Shown here: positions 37,501-51,424 of the stretch, piece after piece | Position numbering within the stretch: position 1 is the first letter of the stretch | How the letters are laid out: the number at the start of each line of letters is the position of its first letter | NCBI GenBank assembly: GCA_030265395.1 | Contig: JARFYF010000055.1 | Span: 13,446,610-13,510,609, forward strand | Length of the DNA: 64,000 nt | Reading direction: 5' to 3' | Source of the DNA: Rhina ancylostomus | Taxonomy: Eukaryota | Notes under the pieces: model-generated | Seen by the model: the letters and a program-made list of their open reading frames with translations, nothing else | Told to the model about the DNA's origin: nothing | Databases searched by the model: none | Program-made: the position numbers and the translations under genes

Positions 37501-39909
37501 ACAAGGTGATAAATTTGGAGTTCAACAGAAACACGTGTTATGTGCAGAAATGCAGTCTTCTGATATCATACTCAGCATGATAAGCCATGTAACGTGCACA
37601 CAATGTGGCTGGCATACTGTGATGATCCCAAACTCAAACTGATTTTCCAGATGAAGATGAAAGAAGATTAAAAATGAGGACACTAAATAGACTTACTTTC
37701 CGGGATAAAAATCAACACCTAAACAGAGCCGCAGCAACAGAGGGTTGACGAAGGAACATATGTTCCATTAACAGGAGGAGCTGTAACAGAGAATCTGATG
37801 AAGCAAATCTGCTGATTATTTGCCATCCAGTTATGACAGTCTGTGCAATCCAACACTTGTATCAATCAATTTTAGCCATCAGAGGGAGGCGTGACCAGAC
37901 TGGAGGCTGAGTTCATCATGATTAATCAAAATAAGTATGAGTGAAATTAATTACCGATTCTTGTAAAAACAAGACCTTATAAGCAAAGCTCAACAAATCT
38001 GCTTTAATTAAAATCCAAATCTCATAAGTCCTTTTTGTTGCATTCCTATGGTCTTTCCCCAAAATTGTGAAAAGAATTCCCCATCAAATATGTATCAAAT
38101 TCCCTTTTGTAGGTTATTATTGAGCCTGCTTCTACTAATCTTTCAAACAACGCATTCTGGATCTTAATTACTGCTTTAAATAATTATGGCTGAATTTACC
38201 GATGTTAAAGACTAATTTGTAAGGAACTTTTGTTGTTTAACCATTTTTTTATATTGTAATATGGAACTTTAGAAATTTTGGATATTTATGTTCCAGTCAC
38301 CATTTACAGTTTATAGTCATTTAAATGAGGTGAGTCTTAGCACCAGCATGAGCTACTTGGCATTGGGGCCCTCATTATGTTCGGGTAGGCACATTGCCAA
38401 AAGGGATAAAATCATATGTGCTGCCTCATTGCAACTCTGCATGGCAGATTTTGCACATGTGCAGACTACAAATACTTATGGCTATTTATTCCATTGGAGT
38501 TCTTCATTCAGGATCACCCAACTGTAGCTTGATTGGTAGTACCCTTTTCTCTGCATCATTAGATTATGGGTTCAAGCCACATTCTAATCTGAGAGTGTGC
38601 TGCACCATGGTTGCTGCTGCTGTTTAGCTGTAGTGGCCTTTGCACATAAGATGCATTTGTACTTTCACACCAAGACACCCTATCCTTTTGCCATCATTTA
38701 CAGGCTAACAAAATTTAATGTTCTCTTTTAATTCAAAGTGGTTACTTCAATGATTGTACTTGGGTGAGAAAGTGAGAGAATGCAAGAGAGAAAAAGTCTA
38801 TCTAGGAAACGAGAGAAAAAGAAGATATAGATTATATTTATGACACATAGTGATCGCTTAAAGTCTTTGTGCCAACTTTTAATTGTGACTGGATTTTTAT
38901 TCTAGTCGACCATGGTTGATCCAATATGAATGTACAATAAAAATATAAGTGCTTTTTATTTGCTTCCTGTGGGGTATGTGGTCAAAGGAGACTTCCTCTG
39001 AATTTAGTTGGATGTAGGGTACTCACTTACAGGACAGAAATATATAGCAGAGGAGATTACAATTTGGCCATTCTTCCCTGTGACTGTCTTTTGAAGGAGC
39101 CATCCATTTTGTTCCATTCCTTATCTCTTCCCCAAAAGTCATATAAAAGTTTCCCTTTGAAGTATGTATCAAATTCCATTTTGAAGTTACTATTGAACCT
39201 ATTTCTAAAATTCTTTAAAATAGTGCATTCTAGATCATAAAATACACACTGCTTAAAAATTAATTCTCTTCTCCCTTCTGGCCAATTACCTTCAATCTGT
39301 GCTCTAATCATCAGCTGTTCGTACATTTCAAAATAGCACTTAACATGATGAGGATTTCCAATCAGGGAAAATGGCAGCAAAAATGTCAAACCCTTTGAAA
39401 CGTTTTGTCAAATACAGAGCCATAATTAAGTATTAATAGTTGAAGAGCTCTGATGCATATGTTATACTTAAAATTGTGTGACAATCAGTTGGGTAATATC
39501 ATGGAATTGCATCCATTTAGGGTCATTTAACGCAATAGTTTGTGCTAGTGTTTACATGCTACACAAGCCTCCTTGTACAAGATTTACAACATCTCCCCTC
39601 AACAGTATCACCTTCTATTCCCGTTTCTGTCATGTACCTACCAAGTTTCCTTTTAAATGCAGTTGTGTCATTTTTTTGGAGGTCTGGCTAGTGTCAATGG
39701 AGCTCTCAAGTATCTAATAACTAGCCAAACCTNNNNNNNNNNAAAAGGGGAAAAATACACGGTTTAATATCCAAAAAGACAATCTGCATAATGATAAGAA
39801 AAATAGCAGGGAGAGGCACCCAGAATTTGCCACAAATACAGATGCGAGTTATTTCTAGAATGTTCCAGCTAAGATTATTTCCCTCTTCCCAGTTTCTATC
39901 GCACATTCT

Positions 39910-41055
39910 CAATTATAGAATCTGATTAGGACGAGATTCTATCTGACCAATTTGATTGAATTTTTCAAAGAGATAACAATATATATTGATCAGGACAGTG
40001 TGGACTTCACTAAGACCTTTGACGCTGATCCAAAAACCCATGGGATCTAGGGTATGTTGGGAAATTAGATCCAAAATGGGCTGAGTAAAAGGAAGCAAAG
40101 GGTGATGGTGGAGGATTACTTTAGTGATTAGAAGTCTGTGACCAGTGGTATACCATAGTGATCAGTGCTGGGTTCCTTACTGTTTGCTATAAATGTTAAT
40201 GCTTTGAATATGAATGTAAGATGTACGATTGGTAAATTTGCAGATGACATGAAAATTGGTAATGTTGTTGATAGTGAGGAGGGTAGTCACGAGCTACAGG
40301 ATGATTTTGATCAGATGGTAAAATGGGCAGAGCAATGGCAAATGGAATTTAATCCTAATAAATATGTGCACTATTTCAGTGCAAGGGAGTATTAAGGAAC
40401 AGAAGAACCTCAGTGTGTAAGTGCAAAGATCCATGAAGGTGTGGCAGCACAGCTAGATATGATGGTGAAGAAAGCATATATGATTCTTGACTTCATTAAC
40501 TGGGGCACAGGATCTAAGAACAGGGAGCTCATGGTAAAATTTATAATATATTGGTTTAGGCCAAGGCTGGAGTACTGTGTACAGTTCTGATAGGGGCTTG
40601 TGATTGCACTGGAGAGAGTGAAAAAGAAATTCACCAGGATGTTGCTGAGGATGGAGTGTTTTTGTTATGTGGAGGGAGACTGGATAGGNNNNNNNNNNNN
40701 CCTTGGGGGGGAAAGAGGCTGAGGGGGGGGCCTGATAGAGGTATACAACATAATGAGAGGCATAGATAAGAGAGAGTAGAACACCTTTCACTACAGAAGG
40801 GATATCTAAAACTAAAGAAAGAAGTAAGAAGTTCAGAAGGGATCTGAGGAAGGACTTTTCCATCCAGCAGATGGAAAAGAACCATCTATTGGAGGCAGAT
40901 TTAAGAAATATCTGGATGATCCCTTGAATCACAACACATAGAAGGTCACAGACCAAATGCTGGTAAATTGGACTGTTATAGACAGGCACTTGATAGTCAA
41001 CATGGACGGTGGGCCGAAGGGCCCATTTCTGTGCCATATTACTCCATGACTCTAT
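39910..41055 (+). mobile_element. CR1 LINE fragment (RT and 3' end)
   Basis: VLGSLLFAINVNAL..IGKFADDMKIGNVVDSEEGSHELQDDFDQMVKWAEQWQMEFNPNK. Confidence 0.88.
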
Positions 41056-42199
41056 CATGAAAATGGTCTGTGGATCCCCTTGTCCAATGAGGTCCTAGAT
41101 ATTTCTCAGACCTCACTGCGTCATTATCATTTCCAGCAAGTTATAGTGCAAATGAGTGAAATTGTATGTTGAACAGCATACACCACGAAATACTTCACTC
41201 CAGCAAGATCTGGCCTCTTATATTTCTTTTCTTTAATCATAGAATTTACGACCATGCAGTTTTCATTTGGAATTAATTGTTGCTAATCATACTGATGACC
41301 TAAGGTGAAGTCAGCCTCTCTGCTGGTTAAGTTCCCCCGAGCTTTCCAGTATAATCTGGATTAAACCAGCCAGCGAGGAGTATAATGAATTCTATTCATT
41401 TTCAGACAAGTGATGTGTACATCAGCTCGGCTTTCCCAGTTCTGGTCAGTAATAAAGAACAGGAAGGAGGAATCTGAACAAGTCAATCTGTTTGTATGCT
41501 AATTTCAATTCCTCTGGGATATACAAAAGAATAGTCAAGGAAACATTTTCGAAAAGTGAACAAATATTTTCCACCCTAAGCATAGTGTGTGCAGATCGCA
41601 AGCAGGAGTTTGAAATCTTCCATTTCATTCACAAATAAATTGACCAAAAAACCCCTAAATCTCACTAAGTGTTGCCATTTTCATTGAGACTCCAGACCTC
41701 CTTATGGAATAATTTTTTATTTTAGTCATTTAATCTCCTTGATTAGATTCCTGCCTGTATCGCAAATTTAGGAAATCATCATTTCATGAATAAACCACAC
41801 ATAGTCCTCCATTGCCGACATTTTAACAAAAACACAGCAAGAAAATAAAATGCAATAAAAGAGCATAGCATCGGTTAAGAGCATATTTTCTTCCTGACAA
41901 TCTGTAAGATAAATCTTTTGAAATTAGGGCATATCTCCAGTATTGGTCAGAGTCCCTGGGTCAACTTAATTCTTATCCATGCCTCTGTTAACTCAAAATT
42001 TGACAAATCCGATGTATTTCTTGTAGACCTCTGACCTTTCACTCTATAAATGTAAACCTATTAAAAATAATGAATCTTAACTCTCACCATACTGGTTACC
42101 ATCTCTTCAGTGCTCGGTGATCTAACCTGGCTCTCAGAGCACTAATAACTCAGATTTGAAATTCTTATCTTTGTTTTCAAGTCTTTGAGGCTCTTGAAG

Positions 42200-42425
42200 A
42201 TGTGGTTCAGTCAATGGTGCACTCTGAGTCGGAAAGCAGTGGTTTCAAATCCCACTCTGGGGATATGAGCACAAAAAATACTAGGTTGACACTTCAGTGC
42301 AGCTCTGACACTGTACTGTTGGAGGTGTCATCTTTCAGATGTGAAGTTAAAATTGAGGCTCCATCTGCTCCACCAGATGGATTAAAGATTCAATAAATCT
42401 ATTTTGAAAAATAACAGGAGTAGGG
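42200..42425 (+). mobile_element. DeuSINE-like (SacSINE1-type) element
   Basis: tRNA-like head (ggtttcaaatcccac) and ggaggtgtcatctttcagatg, similar to the Deu domain as I recall it; related reverse copies near 10330-10610, 31620-32180, 47500-47630 and 56900-57150. Confidence 0.55.
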
Positions 42426-42429
42426 TAAA

Positions 42430-44730
42430 GTGGTGGCACAATGGTTAAGTTTCCAGACTAGGAACCCAGAGGCTTAGACTCACAATCCAGAGATGCAAGT
42501 TCAAATCCCACCATAGCAGCTGCAGAATTTAAATTCAGTTAATACTTTGAAACATTAAAAAGCAAGTGTTAATAATGATAGTAATAGAAATATTTTTGGT
42601 TCTGTTATGCACCTGTGGTGAGGATTACTGCCTTCCTTACCCATTCTGGCAAATATGTGACTCCCTCTGATGTGATTGTACTAGAGTTTCCACATTAAAG
42701 CAGAAAAAAAGTAACACTGTCCAGATCATTTGCCATCAACCTAGGTGCTGTATTTGGACACAGCAAACTCCCTTCTGAGCCAGTCGACATTGCAAAGCCC
42801 TCCTCAGAGATGTCTAGGCACTGATATTTAAACTGAGGAAGTTGTTCTACTGACAAGCCAAGCAACAGCCTGACATGTTTATACTCTCAGAATCAGATCT
42901 CACAGACAACATACTGGGCTCTTTCATCACAATCCCTTGTACATGCTATCCTACCACTAGAGGGGGCAGCACATTGGTATACAGTGTGGGAGAGACTGTC
43001 CATAAAAAGTCCCATGGCATCAAGTTAAATTTGGGGAAACAAACCTCCTTCCTCAGCTGATGAATTGGCGCCCTTCAGTGTCGAATAGCTCTTGGAAGAA
43101 ACACTGAAAGCCAATCCACCTGTCCTCATACCAAGGACACCTTCCAGTGTGTTGTCAATCATACGAAATGGGATGGTCTTGGGAAAAAACTGGCAGCTCA
43201 GAAGTGGGTATCCATGAGGTGCTGTGGACCATCAGAGGCAGAACTGTGTTCCACCACAATTTATATCCTCTTGGTCTGTCATATCCCTGTCTCCGCTTTA
43301 TAATCAAGCTGGGGGATCAATTCTGGGAGCACTGCCCAGCATAATTTAAAAATGAGATGTCAATATGGTGAAATCAGCATGCAACAGACAGAGTTAAGTG
43401 ATCCTATAACCAGCAGATCAGATCAAAGCTGTGCAATCGTATCATATCTAGCTATGAATGGTGATGGACAACTAAACAGCTTGCAGGAGCAGGACATTAT
43501 AAGAACATGCCCAGCCTCAATGATGGTAGGCCCACCATATCAGTACTAACGACAAGGTTGAAGAATTGGCAGACATGTTCAGACAGAAGGGTTGAGTGGA
43601 TGATGATCTTTCTCAGCTTTTTCCTGAGATCCCCTGTTATAGGAAATAATTTTCTATGTCGGGAATCACAGGCGCTGGCTAAGTCTCCAGCCAGTTCAGT
43701 TCTCTCCATGTGATATTAAGAAATAGCTGAGAGAAATATAGCTGAGACACAATAAAGGGATGAGATACCATCTGTGCTGTAGTACTGAAGATCCATGGAA
43801 ACTTACCCCGGTGTGTCCTGTCATCAAAGAGCAGGACATGTCTAATCTAGCTAATAACTGTCTAGTTAATCCGCTCTCAATCATTGCAAAGTGATGCAAA
43901 GTATTGTTAACAGTGCCAACAAATGGCATTTACAATACTCTGCTCTCCAATGCACAGCTTGTTTAGCTCCAGGTCCAAATATGCACTTAAGTGCTAAATT
44001 CCAGAAGTAACGTGAGAGTGACTGACCTTGATATTAATGCAGCATTTGATTGAGTGTGGCATCATAGAACTCAAGTAGTGCTGAAATCCATGGTCAACAA
44101 GAGAAAAACAATANNNNNNNNNNNNNNNNNNNNNNNNNNNNNNNNNNNNNNNNNNNNNNNNNNNNNNNNNNNNNNNNNNNNNNNNNNNNNNNNNNNNNNN
44201 NNNNNNNNNNNNNAAACAATATTTGGAGATATAGTTTGCAAAAAAAAGACGATTATGATTGTTGGAGGTCAGTCAACTAAGCCAAAGACATCACAACAGA
44301 AGTTCCCCAGGGCAGAGTGCTAAACCAACCCATCTTCAGCCACTTCAGAAGTGAGGATGTTTGCTAAAGATTGCACAATGTTCCAAACCATTTTCAATTC
44401 CTCAGCAAATGAGGCTGCTCATTCCTGCATGCAGCAAGACCGAGACAACGTTTAGGCACAGGGTGGCAAAGACAACATTTAGGCACATTGGTCCCAGCCA
44501 ATGGCCATCACCAGCAAGTGAGGGTCTAACCACTCACTTTTGACATTTAACTACATTACCCTTGCTGAGTCCCCCACTATCAACATCATGGGGGTCACCA
44601 CTGAGCAGAACCCTCCATCAGATACAGGTGGTGGCTCCAAGAACCAGTCAGAGGCTGAGTATCTTGCAGCACGTGNNNNNNNNNNCTTGGATAACCCAAA
44701 GCTTTTCTCATCTACAAGGCACATGGCAAG
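42430..44730 (+). mobile_element. Decayed LINE (APE endonuclease plus RT) with tRNA-like 5' head
   Basis: A box TGGCACAATGG 42434-42444 and B box GTTCAAATCC 42499-42508; APE-like KQQPDMFILSESDL and RGGSTLVY (about 42860-42980); RT-like LDINAAFD*VWHH (about 44027-44065). Confidence 0.65.
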
Positions 44731-44739
44731 ATTGCATAT

Positions 44740-45350
44740 CAGTGCTGCAGGTAGTCAGGAAGGCTATTGGAATGTTGACTTTTACTTCAAGAGGTTAGAA
44801 TATAAAAATAGGGGAGTCTTAATACAACTGTACAAGTACTAGTGGGTCCCTATTTGGAGTTCTGCGAATAGTTTTGGTCCCCTTACTTAAGGAAAGATAT
44901 ATTATCATTGGAGGGAGTTCAGAGAATGTTCATCAGGATGATCCTGGATATGGAGGGATTATCCTATGAGGACAGGTTGAATACATTAGGTCTGTACTCA
45001 CTGGAGTTCAGAAAAATGAGAGGTAAACTTATTGAAATGTATAATATTCCTCGGGGTGCTTGACAAGGTAAATGCTGGGAGGATGATTCCCTCAGAGTAA
45101 GGGGGCACCCACTTAAGACTAGACTGAGGCAGAATTTCTTCATTCAAAGAGTTGTGAGTCTTTGGAATTCCTTGCCCCAGACATCTGCGGAGAATGAAAT
45201 CTTGTATATTTCCAAAGCTGACATAGATTTTTAATCAGTAATTGAATCAACATTTATGGGGAGAGTGGACTTCAGGAAATTTGGATCAGGCATGATCTTA
45301 TGAAATGGCAGACGAGGCTCGAGGGGTGTCATCATGTTTTTTTTATGGTC
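44740..45350 (+). mobile_element. CR1 3' fragment
   Basis: KRLEYKNRGVLIQLYK and FWSPYLRKDILSLEGVQRMFIRMI-like coding sequence. Confidence 0.8.
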
Positions 45351-45759
45351 TTACTGTATCTGCTGTGTCATTTGTGTGCTGATGCATTGAAAGCCTGTCA
45401 GCAATTTGGAAAAACACTCTCCATAGCAACCATGTGGTGATAAGGAGGTGGTCACGGAAATTGGGGGGACAAGAAAGGGTGGGAGAAAGGGGTAATGGGG
45501 CATGGTTATCCAGAAGGACACTTGAAGCGGATCAATCATACCCCGGGGTGCAGGTACAGAAGACACTGTTAATACACTAAAATAACTGGGGAGGAGACTG
45601 ATAAAATATTTAAAAAATCCCAGTAGGATGTTTTAAATCATGGTTGAATCCTGTTTCCAGTGTGATGTATCCTTGTTTTCTGAGAGTTAGAAGTGAAGGT
45701 CATAGGTTTCAAACTTTTGATCTAATTGCTGTCGGTAAATAATTAATGGGTGTCACGCA

Positions 45760-46115
45760 AGGCAGCAGGTAGTGGTACAGATATTGCAGCTGTTTCACAG
45801 TTCCAGCAACGTGGATTCAATTCTGACTTCCAGTCCTGTCTGTGCGGAGTTTGCCTGTTCTTTTCCCTGACTGTGTTTTCCCTGGATGCACTGGTTTCCA
45901 TCCACATCCCAAAGACAGCAGGCTGGTAGGTAAATTGATCATTGGAAATGACCCTTTATGTGGATGGCTGGTGGGATAATGATTGGGGTGTTAATGGGGA
46001 TGTGTAAGAGAATAGGTTATAGGGAAATAAGTGGGGCAATGGGATTGATGGGGTTATTCTAAAAACTGGCATAGACTTGATGGGCTGAATGTCCTCCTTT
46101 TATGTTGTTATGAAA
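45760..46115 (+). mobile_element. V-SINE copy
   Basis: tRNA-like head plus gtctgtgcggagtttgcc...ggtttccatccacatcccaaagac. Confidence 0.7.
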
Positions 46116-46902
46116 TATGAAATTTTTGATGCCACCACAACAAGGAAATGACATCCATGTTATGACAAACTGTGACAGGAAATGTTCCATCTAATTTCCT
46201 GATAGCAGGAATTCAATAGAAAATAGATGCAAACACTTTAAAACATGCACAAACCACTTTTTATGCGTATTTTACACATAAAAAAGCTGGCACTTAGGCT
46301 TTTTATTAATCCTGTTTTTAGGCTCAAGTCCTTTTTCTCCCTTCCCTATAACCCTTCGAGACCTCTGTTTTCTTCCATTTAGTCGTCTTCCACAACCATG
46401 TTCTCAGCTGTAGAGTTGTGGAATTTCTGCTCTGCCTCCTTTCTTTTCTAAAATAGTACCTACTGCTAACCTGGGTATCTGCCTTAATGCTCGGTGCCAA
46501 ATTTTGTTTGATAACCTTCCTGGGAAGCATCTTGCAACATTTTACTGTTATAGTTTCTAACTAAGTACAAGCAATTTTTCTGCACCTTCCAAGTTGGTTG
46601 CCAGTGGCTGAGTTGACAATGAATGAATATCAAAGACTCAGTGGAAGATGTGCACAGAATGATTACTCAATGCATTGTTTGCTTACTGCTTGCTAACATT
46701 TCAAGGAATCTCTCCTCATTTCTAGACATGCTTTTGTCTAATTTGCTTCAGGTTCCATAAAAAATACTAACAAAGAATACTAACGGACTCTCACTGAATA
46801 CACAGGTGCTTCCTGTCAGTTTCACACACTGGTCACCATTACCTCATCAGTGTTTCCTTTGAAATGACAGTAATCTTTAAATCAACCGTTATCCTAGTTG
46901 AT

Positions 46903-47484
46903 GGAGACACAAGACACTGCAGATGCTGTAATCTGCAGACTGCTGGAGGAACTCCACAGATCAGGCAGCGTCTGTGGAGGCAGAGGGATGTTCAATATTT
47001 TGTGTCGNNNNNNNNNNNNNNNNNNNNNNNNNNNNNNNNNNNNNNNNNNNNNNNNNNNNNNNNNNNNNNNNNNNNNNNNNNNNNNNNNNNNNNNNNNNNN
47101 NNNNNNNTCAGGCAGCGTCTGTGGTGGCAGAGGTATGTTCAATATTTTGTGTCGAGACGATAAATCTAAGGCTGAGAGTGTGGAGCGGAGATAGCCAGTA
47201 CAGAGAGAGAGGGGTTGAGGCAGGGGTTGGCAGGGGCTGGTGGAATCAGGTGAGGAGGGGGATGATGGGCAGGTGGGGGAGGGTTAACTGTGGAGTTGTC
47301 CACGAGCTGCTGTCCCCTGACTCCACCCCCCCAGCAGGGTCTCTCTGTCCCTCATCTCCGTCCACACCTGGNNNNNNNNNNCCCTGCTTCACCCCTCCCT
47401 CTCCCCTCTTTATGTTGACCATCCCTCCACCTCCTCAGATGCTGCCTGACCCACTTGAGTTCCTTCAACAGTTTGTTTTTTTGC
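46903..47484 (+). mobile_element. Long palindromic Penelope-associated element with 12-bp TSD
   Basis: Begins GGAGACACAAG; purine-rich arm mirrored by a pyrimidine-rich arm; atcctagttgat at 46891-46902 and 47485-47496. Confidence 0.72.
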
Positions 47485-48406
47485 ATCCTAGTTGATATCT
47501 TTCAAAGACCTCACCCGGAATACAGGACAGTTCAGCACCTCACTGTGCTTCATTGAGAGCATTGGCTTACAATTCAGTGTTCAGGTCTCTGGAGTTGATT
47601 CAAAATGAGAGCACCATCCATTAAGCCATGACTGAAAACTCAATTAGTGTTGCTTGTTGAGATCAACAATTTTGTGTGCAGCTGGCTTAAAGCTGCCTGG
47701 AGAGGAGACAAGGCCTATTGAGCTTGGAGCCCTTGCTGCTGTGAATTGCTTAGTTGAAAATGCTCTTGTGAAGCACCCTGTTATGGTTCAATACAGCATA
47801 ATGGCCGTGGAAATGCAAATTGCTATTTTTCTTGCTGTGTGATTGTAAGTTCTGGGTTGCCACAGCTTTGTGTATAGAGGTTTCTCCTGAATTCCCTGTT
47901 TGGGTTATTTGAGGATATATTACTTGATGGTTTACTGGATATAATTTTCTCTCACTTAAACTCAAAATATGAGTTGTTGTTACTTTCACATTTTCTTGGC
48001 TCACTCTCTGCCTTGCTGACAAATCAAGGAATTAAATACAGGGAAGCAATTCAAAGAAACAGAAAGAAACTGAGTTGATTCCAGCAAAAGTCTACATCAG
48101 GCATTGGAACTCTTAAATGTATAATTTATTTCCTGACTGTTCCACAACAACTCTTCTCTGTGCTGCGAGATGATGTCAGTTTCACAGCTTTCAGTCACAA
48201 TTGTTTAGGAACCAGAATAGCCACAGACATTTTTTTGATTTATTTATGAGCAACATGCATGGTTACAAAATCAGAACAGTCAAGGTCATTCTCAACGCCT
48301 TTGCAACCTTTGGGCACCTTTGGTGAAGCTTCATGTTTTGCATCAGAAGCTGTTCTTCAGCAGAAGGTGTTGGGTGTGCCCATCGCCTTTCCAGGAAGTG
48401 TTAATC

Positions 48407-48477
48407 GCACCTGGTGGTCTCAGGAAGCTCCCATCCAGGTACCAAGCAGCGCAGAATCTACTTTGCTTCTGAGATCA
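48407..48477 (-). pseudogene. 5S rRNA-derived fragment
   Basis: Hand alignment to the vertebrate 5S rRNA reverse complement, recalled from memory, gives about 54/72 identical columns (GCACC.GGT..TC.CAGG...CTCCCATCCA.GTAC.AA.CAG...GCTTC.GAGATCA). Confidence 0.75.
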
Positions 48478-50327
48478 TGCAGTGTTTCGAGCAATATGTG
48501 CACTACATTAATATAATACACATAAATAAATGCACACACATACAAGCATACAAAAAATGTTACCAAAGACTTTCAAAGACTCATACATTTTAATTGCCTC
48601 AGAAATGCTTCTGCTTTGATCTCTTAATATACCAAGGTTTCAGTTCCTGAGATCCCATATAGTAGAATTCCTTCATTAAACGTCATTGCCTCTCAACATC
48701 CCGCCCACCGTAAGACATTCCATTAGCTTCTAATCATCTCCGAGTAACTCTGTACATGGCTCAGTGTTAAATTTTGTTTGCCAACAACTTTATGAAGCAT
48801 CTTGCAATATTTATCATGTTAAGAAGCCATACAAATGCATGTTGCTATTGTTATTGTTCTGATGCTTCTCCTTCCAATGGGCAGACTTCAGAGAGATATA
48901 GATTGACCCCAGGGTGTATATGCACTTTCTGTAGAGGCACAATGTTATCCACGCTGCTAAAGTTTCATCTTCTCTCCTGATATCTTCTGGATCAGCTGGA
49001 AGGAATAAATTATTACCAGCATTACACAAGCTATTCAGCATAGAGTCATTAGAGTAGAAATGTGTCTTCAGTTGCATGCACTAAATCTGCAGTATAGTTG
49101 TGGCTATGCGTTATGCACTGCTTCTAAAATCTGACTTACATGACATCTTTCCTAAATTGTGATACGCAGAACTGGTCCAATCAGATTTAGTATAACTTAC
49201 TTGCTTTTGTATTTTATGCTTCTATTTACAAAGGCAAGAATCCACATGCATTTTTAACTGCCTTAATGACTTGACCTGCCATTTTGAAAGATCGTATTTG
49301 TTCTCTCTGCTAAGAAATTAAACCTTATACCCCATTTAAGACTATACCATTTAATACATATTGCTTCTCTTTCTTTTTCCTTAAAAATTCCTTCATTCTA
49401 TGTATCTTTTGAAAACCTTGGTTCTGCCAAATTGTACTATTATATAGTTTTGTGCAACATTAGAGTAGATAAAAGAAAAGAAATACAGCTATACAGAAAC
49501 ATCCAAATTCTCCCATGAAACCCTGAAAACACTGAAATGTATAATTTGCCCCTCTGGTGCTTTGTGACAGATCTGCCTATTATCCATGCTGGCAGAGTTT
49601 GTCGTCGTATTTTGAATGGTTTATGATGTAGCCAATAGTTTGTGCCCAGCTGAATGCAAATGAGGCCAAAACAATCTCATTACGTTGGAAAATTTATAAG
49701 CATCTTTATTGTGCATTTAAATCCTGCTTACCTAATGGAAACTGGATGGGTTGGCAGTTAAAATAGACGTTGACTTACCTGCTGTGATCTCATTTTCCTC
49801 CCTAGGATTTAAAATTTAATTTGATCTTCTAAGTAGCTGAGTGGTACATACAACAGGTGGCAACTATAAAGGTACAAATCAGAGGCTAACTGCTATTTTA
49901 ACTGAAGCTTAAACAGACAAACTATCCTGGGTTTGGATAGGAAAATGATGGTAATAGAAATTGGGGTAATTTTAACAATTCATGCTGCTGGGAAACCCTG
50001 TAAATTGGTGAAATGGCGGTTAAACCTCCTGCCCAACAATTCTCTGTGCTGATGTCAATAGAGGGTAAAAATCAAGCAGGGTGCAAAATCAGCATTTCAT
50101 GCAACCCTGTCAGTTTTCTGCCAGGAGGGTTTAGTTAAAGCCATTCTGAGTTTCCCAGGCCTCATTCTGTGGAGGTACAGAGGATATCCTCTTCTCCTTA
50201 GTCTCTGTCTGAACCACTCTTACAGGGTTAAATTGGGGCAGTTCAGCCTCCTGTACATACCAGTGCAGATCCAAAACATTCTCTGGATTTTTCTACTCTA
50301 ATCCAGCTTCCTCTCTCTTTTTTCTAA

Positions 50328-50762
50328 TAGAACATAGAACAGTACAGCACAGGAACAGGCCCTTTGGCCCACAATGTGGTGCCGAAGTAATTAAACTAGT
50401 AATTAAAACGCCTAACTAAGCTAATCCCTTCTGCCTACACAAGGTCCATATCCTTCCATTCTCTGCCTATCTAAGAGCCTCTTAAAAGCCTCTATCGTAT
50501 TTCCCTCCACTACCACCCCAGGCTGCACATTGCAGGCACCCACCACTCCTTGTGTAAAAAACTTGCCTAGAACATCTCTGTTCAACTAACCCCCCTCACC
50601 TTAGATGCATGCCTTCTAGTATTAGACACTTCGACCTTGGGAAAAAGATATCAGCTGTCTATCTATGCCTCTCATAACCTTATAAACTTTTATCAGGTCT
50701 CCCTTCAGCCTCCACCATTCCAGAGGAAACAACTCAAGTTTGTCCAATCTCTCCATAATACT
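50328..50762 (-). mobile_element. CR1 3' end
   Basis: tagaacatagaacagtacagcacag tail and reverse complement of LDKLELFPLEWWRLKGDLIKVYKVMRG. Confidence 0.82.
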
Positions 50763-51424
50763 CATTAACATTTTTTCATTTCATAGCTTAACTGATTCTT
50801 AGAGAGTGTGATTAAATTCAGTAACCCCTTGTGGTAACTTGTTTCTTTTCTAGTAACGCTTGACTGAAAATGTTCTGCCAAAAATAATGTGTGATTATCC
50901 AAGAATATATACGAGTAATGCTTCCCCAGATCCTTCCCAATCTGCATCTGAGAGCTTCAACTTTTCATTTGCACTACAAACAATATTTGGGCTATGATTT
51001 GAATACCTTGGTTTGTTTATTTAATTTATACCAAATGAGTCACTAGTTATCTGGCCTGTTACTGTGCTATGTGGGTTAGAAGTGTTTTGGTCACTATTTA
51101 GTTCACTGGTCTTGACTAGGGCATTGATAGGGTGTAGCAGCTCGCCTTGATTCTTTTGGTCTGGGAAAGAGTAAGGTCAGTCAGCTGACCTCTGCTGTAA
51201 TGCACACACATTTATAGGGATGACAGAGGTGCCATCACTTAGATTCTATAGTGAAGCTCGCATCTCGAAGAGCCTATTAACTGATTATATTGATAAATGA
51301 GGAATAGCCAATTCAGAGGGCAACTGCATGTGCTTGAATCCTAAGGAATTGTATCCTGTCAGGAAGTGGTGCTTGCAGAAGGTGAGAACAATAAACACTG
51401 TCATCAGTCTCCAAGAATTATGAA

